64,000 nucleotides of DNA from positions 14,508,001-14,572,000 of the forward strand of contig JBHGNT010000009.1 of NCBI GenBank assembly GCA_043228905.1. Direction: 5' to 3'. The stretch's first letter is position 1. Each line of letters starts with the position of its first letter. Below the pieces are notes generated by a model that was not told where the DNA came from, ran no database searches, and saw only the letters and a list, made by a program, of their open reading frames with translations. The DNA comes from Azolla caroliniana (lineage: Eukaryota; Plantae; Polypodiophyta). Of this stretch, positions 63,401-64,000 are shown piece by piece. A program made the position numbers and the translations under genes.

Positions 63401-64000
63401 CATGAGGAAATGGAAGCCAACCCGGACCGAAACCGATCGGTCGAACCCGACCCGGAAGGGGGCCGACTCGGTCAAAACCAATCAACCGAGTCCAATTCAG
63501 CCGAAAACAAATCTGAACGGAAGCCAATCCAACCGAAAGCCGATCAGCCAAGACTAATCTGGAAAGAAGTCAAGGTTGATGAAGACAAGGAAGAGGCCAA
63601 GCAAGCACACTACCATGGATGACAAGGGCTAAATGACCCAAGCAGATTTGAAGGTTGTTACCGATGATGAGATCTCTACTAAGGAGGGCTCTAACATGAA
63701 GATCATCAACTCTAACACGAGATTGTACGACGAAGGTGGACGAAGTGCGGAGTGCCTTGACCAAGGAGATGGTCGGGACGAAGGTGGAACATGCATAAAG
63801 CCTAAATGGTTATATGCTCGGAAGGAGAACAAGGGGCCATGACAATTGGTCATGGTAAAGCAAAGAATGAGCAAATGATATGGTGTATTGGGTGGCGACA
63901 ATGGTTCGAGCGAAGGGAATGGACATGCTTGAAATGGAGGAATCGTAATAATCACCATAGCCGAAATCTCACACTCTCTCTTCTTGGCATGTACCAGAGG
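56008..64000 (+). mobile_element. Diverged tRNA-Trp-primed element: LTR 56008-56634, PBS, gag (56697-57265 plus 62281 onward), acidic repetitive tail, no pol within the window
   Basis: TGTCGTGATG...TTCGCGACA; PBS TGGTGAACCCGGCGTGAA at 56640-56657; gag GQFEGRNITKFLDAY. DDTQVNGLVANW is rejoined across the nested insertion. Preceded by ACGG. Confidence 0.85.
57266..62280 (-). mobile_element. Non-autonomous gag-only LTR retrotransposon, copy 2 (LTRs 61514-62280 and 57266-58040)
   Basis: 4-bp TSD ACGG; PBS TGGTGAACCCGACGTGA (reverse, 61493-61509); gag ORF 61476-60565 continuing in frame past one TAG; colinear with copy 1. Confidence 0.93.

Overview
Plant nuclear DNA, probably from a fern or other seed-free vascular plant (inferred from gene structure and retroelement types, not proven). 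The first ~13 kb holds two convergent intron-containing genes: the 3' half of an HD-ZIP class IV transcription factor (+) and an SLC35A/CMP-sialic-acid-transporter-like nucleotide-sugar transporter (-). From ~15.2 kb to the end is a deeply nested LTR-retrotransposon pile (several Ty1/copia, two chromovirus copies, an Athila/Tat-like Ty3/gypsy with an extra ORF, solo LTRs). The most unusual component is a group of tRNA-Trp-primed Ty3/gypsy elements with TGTCG...CGACA termini. (i) They make 4-bp target duplications, and all six visible insertion flanks are centred on CpG. (ii) The group includes gag-only non-autonomous members and one pol-bearing member with a -1 frameshift after the protease. 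(iii) In place of pol, the gag-only members carry an array of ~80-90-nt three-stem hairpin modules with compensatory base changes across two diverged families, a candidate undescribed structured-RNA motif. All coordinates and pairings were read by eye; no searches or folding programs were run.
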